Shown: positions 43,161-53,860 of the stretch, piece by piece
Layout of the letters: each line of letters starts with the position of its first letter
Position numbering within the stretch: position 1 is the first letter of the stretch
Source: an uncultured Chloroflexia bacterium
GTDB taxonomy: Bacteria; Chloroflexota; UBA6077; JACCZL01
Direction: 5' to 3'
Assembly (NCBI GenBank): GCA_963765765.1
Contig: CAVXYC010000020.1
Location: forward strand, 512,001 to 576,000
DNA length: 64,000 nucleotides
Translations under genes and position numbers: made by a program
Notes under the pieces: generated by a model
Told to the model about the DNA's origin: nothing
Seen by the model: the letters and a program-made list of their open reading frames with translations, nothing else
The model's database searches: none

Positions 43161-43443
43161 CTGAACCTGCCCCCTTTGGTGATCGCATGGAAGACGGGGC
43201 CCGCATCGATCTCCGCGCATGGCGCATGACTCGGACTTTCGTCGATGGAACCACGCCTCGCGGAGTAGTTCTAACAGCGTCATTGGTCAATGACTGCAAG
43301 AGGAGCGACCATGAGGGTCAAGTTGGCGACCGTGCCGCACCACTGGAGCCGACCGTGTCATGTCGGGAGTGCACGGGCACTTTACAGTCCCGATAGTGCA
43401 TTTACACCTTGTAAAGCATGGCTTCTCCCGTCAGTTGAAGCGG

Positions 43444-43472
43444 TTGACAAATCGGAAACTGGACTGTACTCT
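43444..43472 (+). promoter_or_regulatory. Sigma70 promoter, probably giving a leaderless mRNA
   Basis: TTGACA-17 bp-TACTCT, ATG at 43480 with no SD; TTTACA-CCT-TGTAAA palindrome at 43401-43415. Confidence 0.6.
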
Positions 43473-43479
43473 GAGAGTC

Positions 43480-44620
43480 ATGGATAGAGAGGCGTTTCTC
43501 GCAGAACTCATAGAGCGCCAGGGCAACGCTTCAGGGCGAGAGTTCGCTGAGCGGCTCGGTATCTCTGAGAGTTACTGGTCGCTTATTCGACGAGGCGAGC
43601 GCCCGCTGACGTTGGCGGTGATTCAGCGAGCTATTCAGGAATTCCCGGACCTTTACTTTGTTCAAGGTCTTCAACCCGAGGTAGCCGCAGCGATCGGGCC
43701 GCGTACACCAGAATATCGTTCGGGACGTTGGCGGCGCGATGTGAAACGTCTATGGGTGAATGTCGCAGTGGCGATCTTCATGGCGTTTGGCAGCCTTGTC
43801 GCTACGTCGGGCGCCTTTACGGACTCGACCGGTGAACTGTTTGCTCAATCGGGGCCAACGCCCCAATCTGAACGGCAAGACCAGCGGCAGGCAACTAACA
43901 CACCGAGGGCGACAAATACGCCGAGGGCCACTAACACGCCAAGCGCTACGAACACGCCTGGTGCCACATCGACCAGGTCGCCGGCGACCGTCACGGCGAC
44001 CTCGGCCGGCCTCGACCGGCCCGCCTGCGACGAGTACGCCCGCTGCAACGGTGACGACGACGCCAGCGAGCAGAACCCAGCCACCGCCCGGTACCCCTAC
44101 GGCAACCACGACGCCCGGGACCTCTACCACAACCACGACGCCCGGGACCTTGCTGGTTCCCGTCCCAGGCGGGAGCCCGGTGTCTATCGAGCGGATTACT
44201 GCAAGCTGCGACACTGGCAGCATGGAGGGCCGGATCTACTTCTCAATCTCCGGCACCCCAGGTGAAACCGTGAACTACTCCGTAGAACTCACCGTCTTTT
44301 CGCATATACCCCCTTCACGGCCTGGTGGCGGTAACCAATGGAACGAGACGGGGGGCTCGACCACCGTCAGCGGATCATTCACTATTCCCGCTAGTGGCAG
44401 TGGGACCACCTCGGAGTCGTATTCAATCGCGGTCAATCCTGTGCCGGGCGCCAACTCGTATCGTGTTCAAGTGACCGATGCCAGTTCGAACGTCGTCGTA
44501 GCGAGCAGGAACACTAAGGGTCCCAGCCTCCAGTGCTTCGGGCCCCCAACCAAGCCGAATACCCGGGCCACGTCGCTTCTTTCCCAGCTCTGGCTCGTCG
44601 CCGCAGGTCGCGAACTATAG
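43480..44620 (+). CDS. XRE-type HTH fused to TM segment, Thr/Pro-rich repeats and beta-rich C-terminal domain (frameshifted)
   Basis: REFAERLGISESYWSLIRRGER; hydrophobic WVNVAVAIFMAFGSLVA; ATNTP repeats; continues in the frame of ORF 43760..44620. Confidence 0.6.
43891..43962 (+). repeat. Four 18-bp coding repeats (ATNTPx)
   Basis: ATNTPR ATNTPR ATNTPS ATNTPG with synonymous variation. Confidence 0.8.
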
Positions 44621-44774
44621 GCACCATTGGGCGATCAGACGGAGTTGGCTCGCGCCGTCCGTTGTCTTCTGGCTAGTCTCCGTCGCACCGTCGCCTTCCG
44701 GTCGGCCGAACGAGGCCTCCATGAGACCCGCATGTCCAATAGGCAGGCTCCGAGGTCACGGAGATCGCGTGCTG

Positions 44775-46756
44775 TCATCTCCCCAGGCGCGCAGCGACGT
44801 AGTCGAGTAACGTTCGGGCATCCGCCGAGTGAATGCGTGCCCGGCCTGCGTCCAGATATTCGCCGGCCAGGGCCGGTCGATCCATCTGTCCGGCGAGGTC
44901 CGCTGCGAGCAGGTAGAGCAACGGGTTCTGCGGATCCAGCGCAATGGCCTGCCGTGAGTAGTCGAGTGGCCTGTCCGACGCACGCCCTATAGCGGCGTCC
45001 CGCTCCAGCTCAGCCTGGGCCAGTCGAATGAGCGCATAGGCGTCGCGGTGGCCGTAGAGCGCCGATGCCGCGACGAAATGATCGACCGCTTCGCCGAAGA
45101 GCACCGGATCCTCGGTCGATCGAGCCGTCTCGAGGAGCTGGATCGCGAGTCCTTCCTGGTATACAGGCTCGAAGGGTCGGAGCATCACTGCCCGTCGAAA
45201 TGGGGCAACGGATTCATCCGGCGCCTCTATTCGGGCCTGCAATCCAGATTCGAATGACGCGGCCGCCGGTAACCCCCATACGCCTTCGACCATGAGTCCG
45301 ATGGCAACAGCAACCAATGCAATTCGGCGGGCGCCACTAGGTTGCCATGAGTACGGTACCCGATGGGCGAGCAGACCGAGCGCCGCGCCAGTCAGCAACC
45401 AGCCTAACCAGTCCGTTGCAACACGATTGCGACCGAACAAAAACAGCATCTGGTAACTAAGCAGTGCGAGGAGCAGAGCCAGCGCCGCCCAGCGTCTACC
45501 GGGCTCGGCAAGCGTAGGTTCGTGGAACGTGGCGCGTAGCAGGGCTAGCCCAACGGTCACTTGGAGCGCTAGGTACGCGGCAAGCCCGAGCAGCCCAGAG
45601 TTAACGGCAATCAGCAGCAGCAGATTGTGCGGATTATCGTCCCGCCCCACGTGATTGGTCAGGCTATCCAGCTCGACCGAGCGATGCGTCGGATAGGCCA
45701 GTTGGAATGTATCGGGTCCCCAGCCAACCAGCGGCCGGTCGGCGACGAGCGCGATCGCGCTCTGCCAGAGAGCCTGGCGTGTCTCGAGCGGCGAGCCTCG
45801 ATAGTCACCGAGGCGATTCAGGACGGCATTGTCCGACGGCCAGCGAGGGGCCGGACAAAGAGCAGTGCCACGACGACTGCCAGGGACGCTGCCAGCGGTG
45901 CCAGCGCGATGACGGTCCCCACCCAGCGCCCAGATCGCCAGCGCGCGCACAGCACCAGCGGCCCAATGATGAGGACCTGGGCGATCACTACCAACCAGGC
46001 AGCTCGCGCCTGGGTAAGCCAGAGCGCGACGAACTGCGGCAGCAGGCTCCACAGGGGCAGGTCGCGCCCCAGGCCGCGGCCCCTCCAGGCTAGCCAGGCC
46101 GTCAGCGGGATTGAGATCGCCAAGAGCTCACCCACGCTGTTCGGGTAGCCGAGCGATGCTGTAACTCGACGCCCGTCGATGACCGAGATTGACCACGCGA
46201 TCGGGTCCACTTTGACCTGTTGAACGATGCCGTAGCAGCTGATGAGAGTGGCTGCCAGGGTCAGGCCGCCGACCAGCCGCGCCAGGTCGCTTTCCCTCCG
46301 CACCCAGGCCACCGCGAGCAGGAAACACCCAATCATGAGCGCGATCGTGAGCAGGCCCTTGTCCTCGTCGAAGCTCCCGAGCAGGGAGGTACGTGGCACG
46401 ATCGAGGCAATCGTGGCAAGGACGCTGATGCCGAGAAACAGTAGTCCGGCTTGCACACCCGGAATGCGCAGCACCCCGACATCGACGGTGGCGCGCGCGG
46501 CGATCGCCGCAATTGCCAGGGTCAATCCGAGCTTCTGTACAAAGACCTTCGGCAGCTCGAACTTGTCGGCCAACATCGGGCCGCCGGCCAGTGGGACCAG
46601 CAGGGCCAGAGCTGGCAGCAGCCAGACCGACAGGAGCGGGAGGACGTCCACCCCGCGCGCCGACGCGTGGTCGAGTCCCGCTAGGCGCCGCGCAATCACG
46701 GTTCGGTCAGCGACCGTTCCATGGCTTGCTGCAGAAGACCCAGCGGCAGCACGCAC
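44775..46756 (-). CDS. O-antigen ligase (Wzy_C) family protein with TPR-like tail (frameshifted)
   Basis: FELPK, SLGYPN, TQARAAW, R..LW..A..RPLVGWGPDTF, PHNLLL. Confidence 0.82.
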
Positions 46757-47724
46757 AACCCGCCCACGGCTAGCGTGGCAAATAGCACCAGGTGTAGGCC
46801 GACCGCCGCCGCTAGCGCCGCGGCCGGGCTGAGCCCAAGTGCCAGGAGCGGGGTGCTGACCGCCAGCTCGAAGACACCTAGCCCGCCCGGCGCGCTCGGG
46901 ACGAGCCCGGCGGCGTAGCCGCTCAGCAGCATGATCGCACCAAGTGTCAGGCTCATCGGGATGTCGAGAGCCTGCAACACAAACAGGTTGACAAGCAGTC
47001 CAAGGCCCAGTCCGATTACGGTCAAGGCGCTCGCACCCAGGAGCACCAATCCTCCCCGCAGGTGGCGGAAATCAGCTGCACGCTGTCTCAGCCAGGGAGA
47101 AAGCGGGTGCCAGCGCCGAGCGACGACGATTCCGAGGCACACTAGTAGGGCGAGGCCGGCCACTGCCGTCCTGGGGAGATCGGGCCCGACCGAGCCCAGC
47201 ACGACGAGCCCGAGACAGGCAAGGGCGGCGGCGTCAAGCAACTTTTCGACCATGACAGATCCGCCTACCGTCACCAGGTGGCGACCTTCTATCCGTGCCG
47301 CGAACACGACCCGCCAGACGTCGCCCGCCCGGAGCGGAGCGAGCGCATTCAGGACGCGGGCATTGAACACAAGCGCCAGAAGCTGCGGCAGGCGACCGGG
47401 TTCCACCCCCAGCAGGAGCTGCCAGCGGACGGTTTTCGCCACCTCCACCGCCACTGCAAGCGCGACGGCGCAGGCAAGCCACTGCCATTGCGCCTCGCCC
47501 AGGGGGCGGGAGACCTCCCTCCAGTCCGCGTGAACCAGAACCGGGAGCAGGAGCGCCATGCACACGAGGGAGAGAACGATCCCGACTTGGCGCTGAGCGC
47601 TGGGCGAGGATAGTGCGGGCAGGCCGCGAAGCAGCATCCAGCTAGCCCCTTTCCAGTGGCGCCCCGACGAAGCGGGGCGCAGCGTCGGTGAAACGGTGGC
47701 CGATCTGCTGACATGCGATGACAA
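46696..47724 (-). CDS. Lysylphosphatidylglycerol synthase TM / UPF0104 flippase-like protein
   Basis: RWQLLL, NALAPLRAGD, VEKLLD, PSAPGGLGVFE. Confidence 0.8.
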   Translation of the reverse strand: MSSHVSRSATVSPTLRPASSGRHWKGASWMLLRGLPALSSPSAQRQVGIVLSLVCMALLLPVLVHADWREVSRPLGEAQWQWLACAVALAVAVEVAKTVRWQLLLGVEPGRLPQLLALVFNARVLNALAPLRAGDVWRVVFAARIEGRHLVTVGGSVMVEKLLDAAALACLGLVVLGSVGPDLPRTAVAGLALLVCLGIVVARRWHPLSPWLRQRAADFRHLRGGLVLLGASALTVIGLGLGLLVNLFVLQALDIPMSLTLGAIMLLSGYAAGLVPSAPGGLGVFELAVSTPLLALGLSPAAALAAAVGLHLVLFATLAVGGLCVLPLGLLQQAMERSLTEP

Positions 47725-48667
47725 TCAGGCCGCAGAGAAGGCCCAGGCCCTGCGCCAGGGACCGGGCGAACAGCAGCCACGGTACGATGGGGACCAGTCC
47801 GCGGTCGCTCCGCCAGGCCCGTTGTATCAGTGGCAGACAGGCGCCCATGAACAGCAAGGTAGCGCCGCGCGCTAGAGGGCGAGCGGCAGGTAACCAGGGG
47901 CCGAGCAGTGTCATTGTCACGACGACGCCGGTCAAGGCGATCTGGATTGGCATCATCCGCGGCGTGTAGCCGTCCTCCCGCATCCGCCCTGGATATCGTC
48001 GGTAGAGCTGAGCGCGGTAGAAGCCGAACCGGAACTTCCGTCGGGCGTATGCCCCGAGCCGCTCGGGGTGACGGTGGCTGACTAGTGCATCGGGCGCAAA
48101 GACCATTCGTTTGCCGCTCGCGGCTAATCGGAAAGACAGCTCGACATCCTCAACCGACGTGGCCGGCAGGCGCTCGTCGAATCCTCCGACCTCGGCGAAG
48201 GTCGCTCGTCGGTACGCGACGCAGGCGGTGTCCATGACCGCAACCTGCGGGCTCGTCGCGAGCCGTTCCTGCTTCTCGTCCAGCTCGAGCTGTGTGAATC
48301 GAGCCACCACTGCTCGCTGGCGACTGATGTACCCGCCTCGGACTCCAACCACGCGCGGGTCAGCAAACGGCCGCACGAGCGCTGCAATGCAGTGTGGATC
48401 CGGAGCGCAGTCGGCGTCAAAGAAAATCAGGACATCGCCTGTCGCCTCGGCCGCGCCGGCGTTTCGGGCAGCGGCCGGGCCCCGTCGCGCCAGCTCGAGG
48501 ACGGTTGCACCATGAGCCCTGGCCAGCGTGACGGTCCCATCCGTCGAGCCGTCCACCGCTACGATCACCTCGCACGGTCGCGGGCCGAGTGAGGCGTGCA
48601 CCGCCTCCAGGCATTCCGCCAGCACGTCCGCTGCCTGTCGCGCCGGTATGACTACGCTGACCCGCAT
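47642..48667 (-). CDS. Glycosyltransferase family 2
   Basis: VSVVIPA, DGSTDGT, GPAAARNAG, FFDADC, GGFDE..EDVEL. Confidence 0.9.
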   Translation of the reverse strand: MRVSVVIPARQAADVLAECLEAVHASLGPRPCEVIVAVDGSTDGTVTLARAHGATVLELARRGPAAARNAGAAEATGDVLIFFDADCAPDPHCIAALVRPFADPRVVGVRGGYISRQRAVVARFTQLELDEKQERLATSPQVAVMDTACVAYRRATFAEVGGFDERLPATSVEDVELSFRLAASGKRMVFAPDALVSHRHPERLGAYARRKFRFGFYRAQLYRRYPGRMREDGYTPRMMPIQIALTGVVVTMTLLGPWLPAARPLARGATLLFMGACLPLIQRAWRSDRGLVPIVPWLLFARSLAQGLGLLCGLIVIACQQIGHRFTDAAPRFVGAPLERG

Positions 48668-48867
48668 CTGTCGACGTTTGCCTTCCTTGCTCGCTAAGGC
48701 CTGACCCTGCGCACGGACATACGGGGGGTCCGGGCCCCATCCCGCTCGTGTGCCTTGGGGCCCATTCGAGCGTTGCATATGAAGTATGCTCTCGCTGGCT
48801 AGACTCAGGCTACTTAGCGGGACCGGTACCGTATCAACGTGTCTCGCGTCAGTGAAGGGATCGCCCG

Positions 48868-49530
48868 TTGCGCAGGCGGCTCAAGCAGCTCACACTTAGC
48901 CTCCTGGTCCTCGGCCTGCTGGTTGGCGCCGGTGGCATCGGTACAACCTTCGCCGCCGCGTGCAGCGGCTCACTCGACACCTACCGCACACTGTCAGCCG
49001 CACGGAGCGAGTTAGATCCCGAACGCCAGCCTCGGCCACCAGGCCCAGCAGTGCTTGCCCCCGAGTCGCCGGCCGCCGCGGTTCCCGGCTCGGCAGATCC
49101 ATCCCCGCCCCCGGCCGAGCCGGCATCTGCCCTCCGTCAGCTTGGGACTCAGCTCCGGCGTGCGGCGGGCGAGGCCGTGTTCGGCGTTGTCCGTGCGGTT
49201 CGCACCGCGGGCCACGCCACTCTCTCGAGCTTCCTCGCCCTGAAGCAAAGCGACGTTGTGGCGTATCCGATGCACTCAACGCTGGCTCAAGCGCTCGAAG
49301 TCGCCCACTGTCCGAGGGACGCGATCTGGATCCAGTGGCTCAAGGCCGGTATTCATGCCAGGCGCGAGGACCAGGTCATGCGCGTGGCCAGCGCCCTCCA
49401 AGAACGAGCACGCAGCGCGGACGACGTGACCAGACTGCGGGACATCATTCACGGATACGTCCAGCGCGAGTCATGGAGTCAAGGTATCCAGCAGGTCCAG
49501 GCCACCCTTGCCCCCGCCATCGGTCCTTAG
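48868..49530 (+). CDS. Hypothetical exported protein
   Basis: Signal-like N-terminus and Pro-rich linker; no family recognised. Confidence 0.45.
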   Translation: MRRRLKQLTLSLLVLGLLVGAGGIGTTFAAACSGSLDTYRTLSAARSELDPERQPRPPGPAVLAPESPAAAVPGSADPSPPPAEPASALRQLGTQLRRAAGEAVFGVVRAVRTAGHATLSSFLALKQSDVVAYPMHSTLAQALEVAHCPRDAIWIQWLKAGIHARREDQVMRVASALQERARSADDVTRLRDIIHGYVQRESWSQGIQQVQATLAPAIGP

Positions 49531-50806
49531 GCGCGCCGCGGACGGAATCCGCGGACGCGGATTGGCCATCCCTGGGCTCATGCTGCTCGCCTTTGCTGTC
49601 CGATTTGCGGTTCGATCAACCGATGGCGAAGATAAGTTCTGGGTCAACAGCTACTCGGCGTACTACGAGATGGCGCTCAACTTCACGCGCGGCCAGGGTA
49701 TGTGCATCGACCGTCTCGGCTGGAAGTGTGCCTACTGGCCGCCCATCTACCCGCTCCTGCTTGCGACGACGACGCTGGCCGGCTGGAGTTACTGGCCGAT
49801 CGTCGCGGTGCAATCAGCCGTCGGGGCTGGCACAGTGTGGTGCAGCTATCAGCTCGGGAAGGCGCTCTTCAATCACCGTACTGGGCTGATCGCTGGGGTT
49901 GTCACCGCCTTCTATCCGTACTACGTTGTCCATGACACTGCGCTGCAGGAGACTTCGACATTTACCTTGTTCACCGCGGCGGCGGTTCTGTGCCTGGTCT
50001 GGGCCAAGCAACGTGCCTCGGCTCGCTCTTGTGCGCTCGCCGGTCTCTTTCTCGCGATGGCCACATTGACCCGGGCTAGCCTGGCCGCTTATGCCCTGAT
50101 CGCGCTGGTCTGGCTCCTGTGCTGTGTTGGGCCGCCGAACCGCCAAAGACTCCGATGCATCGTCGCTGCGCTGTTGCCTTTCGGCCTCATTGTCGGCCTG
50201 TGGCTCATCCGCACCCAGATCGTGATCGGGGTGCCCTTGCTTTCGTCTCAGTCGGGCCGGTTTCTATGGATTGGGAACAATCCGTACACCTTCTCGCACT
50301 ACCCATCGGAGAGCATCGATGTCAGTGAGGTCGAGGCCTGGCGAGCGCTCGCGCCCTCCGAGCGGGCCGAGATCGAACGTCTGTCGAGTCAAGAGGCCGA
50401 GCAGGGGCGCTGGTTCGCACGGAAAGGGCTTGACTATATCCGTGCCCAGCCGCTGCTGACCCTCGAAAATGCCGGGCGTAAGCTCCTGGTCGCCTTCTCC
50501 TGCGCCCTCAGCCCCTCTCGCGATGCACTCGTCCAAGCCATCCACGGCCTGGCCTACTGCCCAATCCTCGTCCTCGCAGCCATCGGCGCCTGGCTCTCGC
50601 GCCGCCAGTGGCGTGCACAGTTACCGATCTTCCTGCTCTTCTTGTTCTTCGCGGGAGTGACGGCGCTCTACTGGGCCCACACGAGTCACCGCAGCTTCCT
50701 TGATATCTACCTGCACGTGTACGCCGCCTACGCGCTGACCGGGATTGCCCGGCCGCTGCTGGGAGCGCTTGGCCGTCATCGCGCAGTGGTTGAGGCCAGC
50801 CCGTGA
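49508..50806 (+). CDS. ArnT/PMT-like (GT-C) membrane glycosyltransferase
   Basis: WPPIYPLLLA, YPYYV..D..LQET, ATLTR, WIGNNP; multi-TM. Confidence 0.78.
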   Translation: MPPPSVLRRAADGIRGRGLAIPGLMLLAFAVRFAVRSTDGEDKFWVNSYSAYYEMALNFTRGQGMCIDRLGWKCAYWPPIYPLLLATTTLAGWSYWPIVAVQSAVGAGTVWCSYQLGKALFNHRTGLIAGVVTAFYPYYVVHDTALQETSTFTLFTAAAVLCLVWAKQRASARSCALAGLFLAMATLTRASLAAYALIALVWLLCCVGPPNRQRLRCIVAALLPFGLIVGLWLIRTQIVIGVPLLSSQSGRFLWIGNNPYTFSHYPSESIDVSEVEAWRALAPSERAEIERLSSQEAEQGRWFARKGLDYIRAQPLLTLENAGRKLLVAFSCALSPSRDALVQAIHGLAYCPILVLAAIGAWLSRRQWRAQLPIFLLFLFFAGVTALYWAHTSHRSFLDIYLHVYAAYALTGIARPLLGALGRHRAVVEASP

Positions 50807-51074
50807 CGTATGCCAGCCCGGTCGGCGGCTTATCCTTCGCCCACTGAGCGCAGCGCATGTTGCTGGGCACCGGTGGCACGAACATCGACGAGCACCGCCG
50901 TGAATGTGCCAACTATCATCGCAGTCATAAAATCCCGCAGGTCATTAGTACGGTGGTAATCGGCAGGCCGATTCCCAGTTGCGCATCTCTGCTGACCGAT
51001 CCCACAAAGTCAACCGCCCTACTGGCTACGAGCACAAGATCAGGATTCACAAGCCACTCGGAATCTCGCTCTAT

Positions 51075-51731
51075 CTAGACTCGTCCCATCGCCGCATACG
51101 CTCCGAACCGCAACACTTCTAGCCAGGCCGACTTCGCAGCCTCCTTGTCCCGCCACCAGCCCTGCATCGAGACACAGTGATCCGTGCAGGGGACGGAGAT
51201 GATCTCTGCCGCCCCACCGACTACCTTGCGCCATGTCAATGTAGCCCGCCGCGAGTGGTACTCGTCCGTCACGAGCAACAGGCGATGCACCCCCAGGGGC
51301 TCCAACCGTTGCCAGGCGGCTTGCGCCTCCTCATAAGTCCCGGCCGACATCGGCACGTCCTCCAGTAAAGGCACAACTGCATCACGCGGTATGAGACGCC
51401 CAGGATCCACCTCACCGAAGCTGACCCCGGCCCGCCAGAGCTGGGACCAGCGCATGCAGTAGCCGCGCAGGCAGCTCAGATCCTCCAGCACGTACAGCTT
51501 TGGCGCGTGGCCAGCGCGCACCAGCTCGGCACCCCTCAGGGTCCGCCCACCGAGAGAATCGCCACCAAGCACTACGACGGCGTCGGCTGGGACGGGCTGG
51601 TCTCGCACGACCAGGATGTCGCCCACCGCCTGAAGCCACTGCCAATGGGTCGCGACCAGCAGCCCCGCGACGAGCAGTAGGATGAGCACCCCACGCGTCA
51701 GTCTCGTGCCACGGGAGCGCGGCGATTTCAT
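51075..51731 (-). CDS. YdcF/DUF218 family protein
   Basis: ADAVVVLGG, GTYEEA, LLVTDEYHSRRA. Confidence 0.85.
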   Translation of the reverse strand: MKSPRSRGTRLTRGVLILLLVAGLLVATHWQWLQAVGDILVVRDQPVPADAVVVLGGDSLGGRTLRGAELVRAGHAPKLYVLEDLSCLRGYCMRWSQLWRAGVSFGEVDPGRLIPRDAVVPLLEDVPMSAGTYEEAQAAWQRLEPLGVHRLLLVTDEYHSRRATLTWRKVVGGAAEIISVPCTDHCVSMQGWWRDKEAAKSAWLEVLRFGAYAAMGRV

Positions 51732-52031
51732 TGGATGGATTAAACGACACCCGCCATGGTCTCGTAAAGCCCTGAGCATCGATGGCCAGACGGATCGTCG
51801 GTCGCCAATCTGGGCCAGTGTCGGTCCTCGGGCGGCCATAACTTCCGCAGGCGAGGCGGCGTAGACCACCTTCCGTGAGGACTCTGCCACCTGTCGGACG
51901 TATTAGCACGAATCGGCAACGGTATAATCCGTGCGCTCCCTGCGGATTTTCGTCCTCGGAGCTCGCGGAGCCGTAAAGAAGTACCGAGTCGTATCTCTTT
52001 ATGTAGACGAGCGGCTAACAGGATAGAATAG

Positions 52032-53086
52032 TTGAGCGCACCGAATGCTGGGGGAGGGGGCTTGAGCTGGCAGTGGAATCGCCGCGCGGCGCTCGTGACG
52101 GGCGGCGCTTCGTTCATCGGCTCCCACATTGTCGACGAACTGGTTGAGCGAGGCGCGCGCGTGCGCGTGGTGGACGACCTCAGCAGCGGGAGGGTCGAAC
52201 ACATCCAGGGCCACCTGGACGCCGGGCGAGTCGAGCTCATCCAAGCGGACCTGCGTGAGCCCGGTGTCGCCCGCAATGTCATGCGGGACATCAACGTCGT
52301 CTTCCACCTGGCCGCGGACCACGGCGGCCGCGGCTATGTCGATCTCCACCAGGCAGGCCCGGCCTTCGAACTTCCTTCTCGATGGCCTGGTCTTCTCGGG
52401 AGGCTCGCCGCGCCGATGTCGAAAAGGTCGTATTCGCCTCCTCAGGTTGTGTGTATCCAAACGCCATCCAGACGGACCCAGACGTTGAGCTCTACCTGAC
52501 TGAGGATATGGTTGGTCCGCCCTACGATGCCGATAATCTTTACGGCTGGGCCAAGCTGATGGCCGAGCAGACCCTGAGGGCCTACAGCCGCGAGCATGGG
52601 ATGAAGACGGCCTCATGCCGTTACTTCACGGTCTACGGACCGCGCGGGGTCGAAAACCACGCCGTGATCGCGATGATTGCGAAAGCCTTCATCGGTCAGG
52701 ACCCGTTCGAGGTCTGGGGCGATGGCCGCCAGGTCCGTAACTGGACGTACATCGACGATATCGCGCGCGGCACAATCCTTGTCGCGGAGAGGATTGACGA
52801 CGGCACGGCGGTGAACCTGGGGACCATGGAGCGGGTGCGCGTCATGGACGCCGTCCGCATGGTGCTGGAATACACCGAGCACGACGCCCAGATCAAGCTC
52901 CTACCCAACATGCCCACGGGCCCCGTCAACCGGGTGGCCGACAACAGGCTGGCCCGCGAGCTGCTCGGGTGGGAACCGAACGTTTGCTTCGCCGAGGGGC
53001 TCCGCCGCACGATCGACTGGTACTTCCGCGAGCATGATCGCGATGAGGTCGCTGCCGTGCTGGCTCACAAGTTGACCGAGCGCTGA
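52032..53086 (+). CDS. NDP-sugar epimerase/dehydratase (frameshifted)
   Basis: VTGGASFIGSH, VFHLAA, FASSGCVY, YGWAK, VWGDGRQVR. Confidence 0.88.
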
Positions 53087-53113
53087 AATCGACCCACTGG
53101 GGGCACGCCGAGT

Positions 53114-53860
53114 ATGACCGCCGATCCCGAGGAAAGGGTAAACGTAGTTGTCCGCCCTCTGGCAGACAGCCGGGCATCAGCTTCGGACGCCGCTCACTCG
53201 AGGGAGAGCAGCCTCGCGCCCCCCGTTGTCTCAGTCTCCGTCCCCGTCGCGCGCGAGCCACTTCTCAAGCGGCCGCTGGACGTCGCGCTCTCCAGTGGCA
53301 TGTTGCTCGCGTCTGCCATCGTCTGGGTGGCCATCGCAGTAGCCATCAAGCTCGAGGACGGCGGACCGGTGTTCTATCGCCAGGAACGCTGGGGACGCGG
53401 TGGAAAGCGCTTCTGGGTGCTAAAGTTCCGCACCATGATTCCCGACTCCGATCGCAAGTTCGGCGTTCGCCAGGCGACCGAGAGCGACGATCGCGTTACC
53501 CGTGTTGGTCGCTTCCTGCGTGCCTGCGGTCTGGACGAGCTGCCCCAGCTCCTCAACATATTCCGTGGCGATATGAGCTTCGTCGGTCCTCGCGCTCTGG
53601 CCATTACTGAGCGTGACGCCGCCGGCAACCTGCTCCGCTACGAGACACAGCCCGGCTTCCAGACCCGCGTCTCCGTTCGTCCCGGTCTGACCGGGATTGC
53701 CACCATTTACCTGCCTAAGGACGCCTCGGCGGCGCGGAAGTTCAGCACCGACCGGATCTACATTCGCCGTATGTCATTCTGGCTGGACGTCCGTTTGATT
53801 CTGCTCTCCTTCTGGATTAGCTTCCGGGGCAAATGGGAATCCAGGAAGGGGAAAATGTGA
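53114..53860 (+). CDS. Priming sugar (phosphoglycosyl) transferase
   Basis: KRPLDV, KFRTM, DELPQLLNIFRGDMSFVGPR, RPGLTG. Confidence 0.9.
   Translation: MTADPEERVNVVVRPLADSRASASDAAHSRESSLAPPVVSVSVPVAREPLLKRPLDVALSSGMLLASAIVWVAIAVAIKLEDGGPVFYRQERWGRGGKRFWVLKFRTMIPDSDRKFGVRQATESDDRVTRVGRFLRACGLDELPQLLNIFRGDMSFVGPRALAITERDAAGNLLRYETQPGFQTRVSVRPGLTGIATIYLPKDASAARKFSTDRIYIRRMSFWLDVRLILLSFWISFRGKWESRKGKM

Larger units (their letters stand above)
36136..43300. mobile_element. tRNA-Thr-integrated, decayed phage-satellite-like element (right boundary unknown)
   Basis: Integrase next to the tRNA, plus terS, excisionase HTH and Prim-Pol; no capsid, tail or terL genes; no attR copy found in the window. 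Confidence 0.7.

Noticed and set aside
41983-43299. Long antisense ORFs such as this 438-aa one
   Set aside because: Arg/Pro/Ala-rich shadow frames expected in high-GC DNA, overlapping better supported genes.
52115-52124. CATCGGCTCC matching the tRNA-Thr 3' end as a possible attR
   Set aside because: Only 10 bp and lies within the conserved FIGSH codons of the epimerase; chance match.
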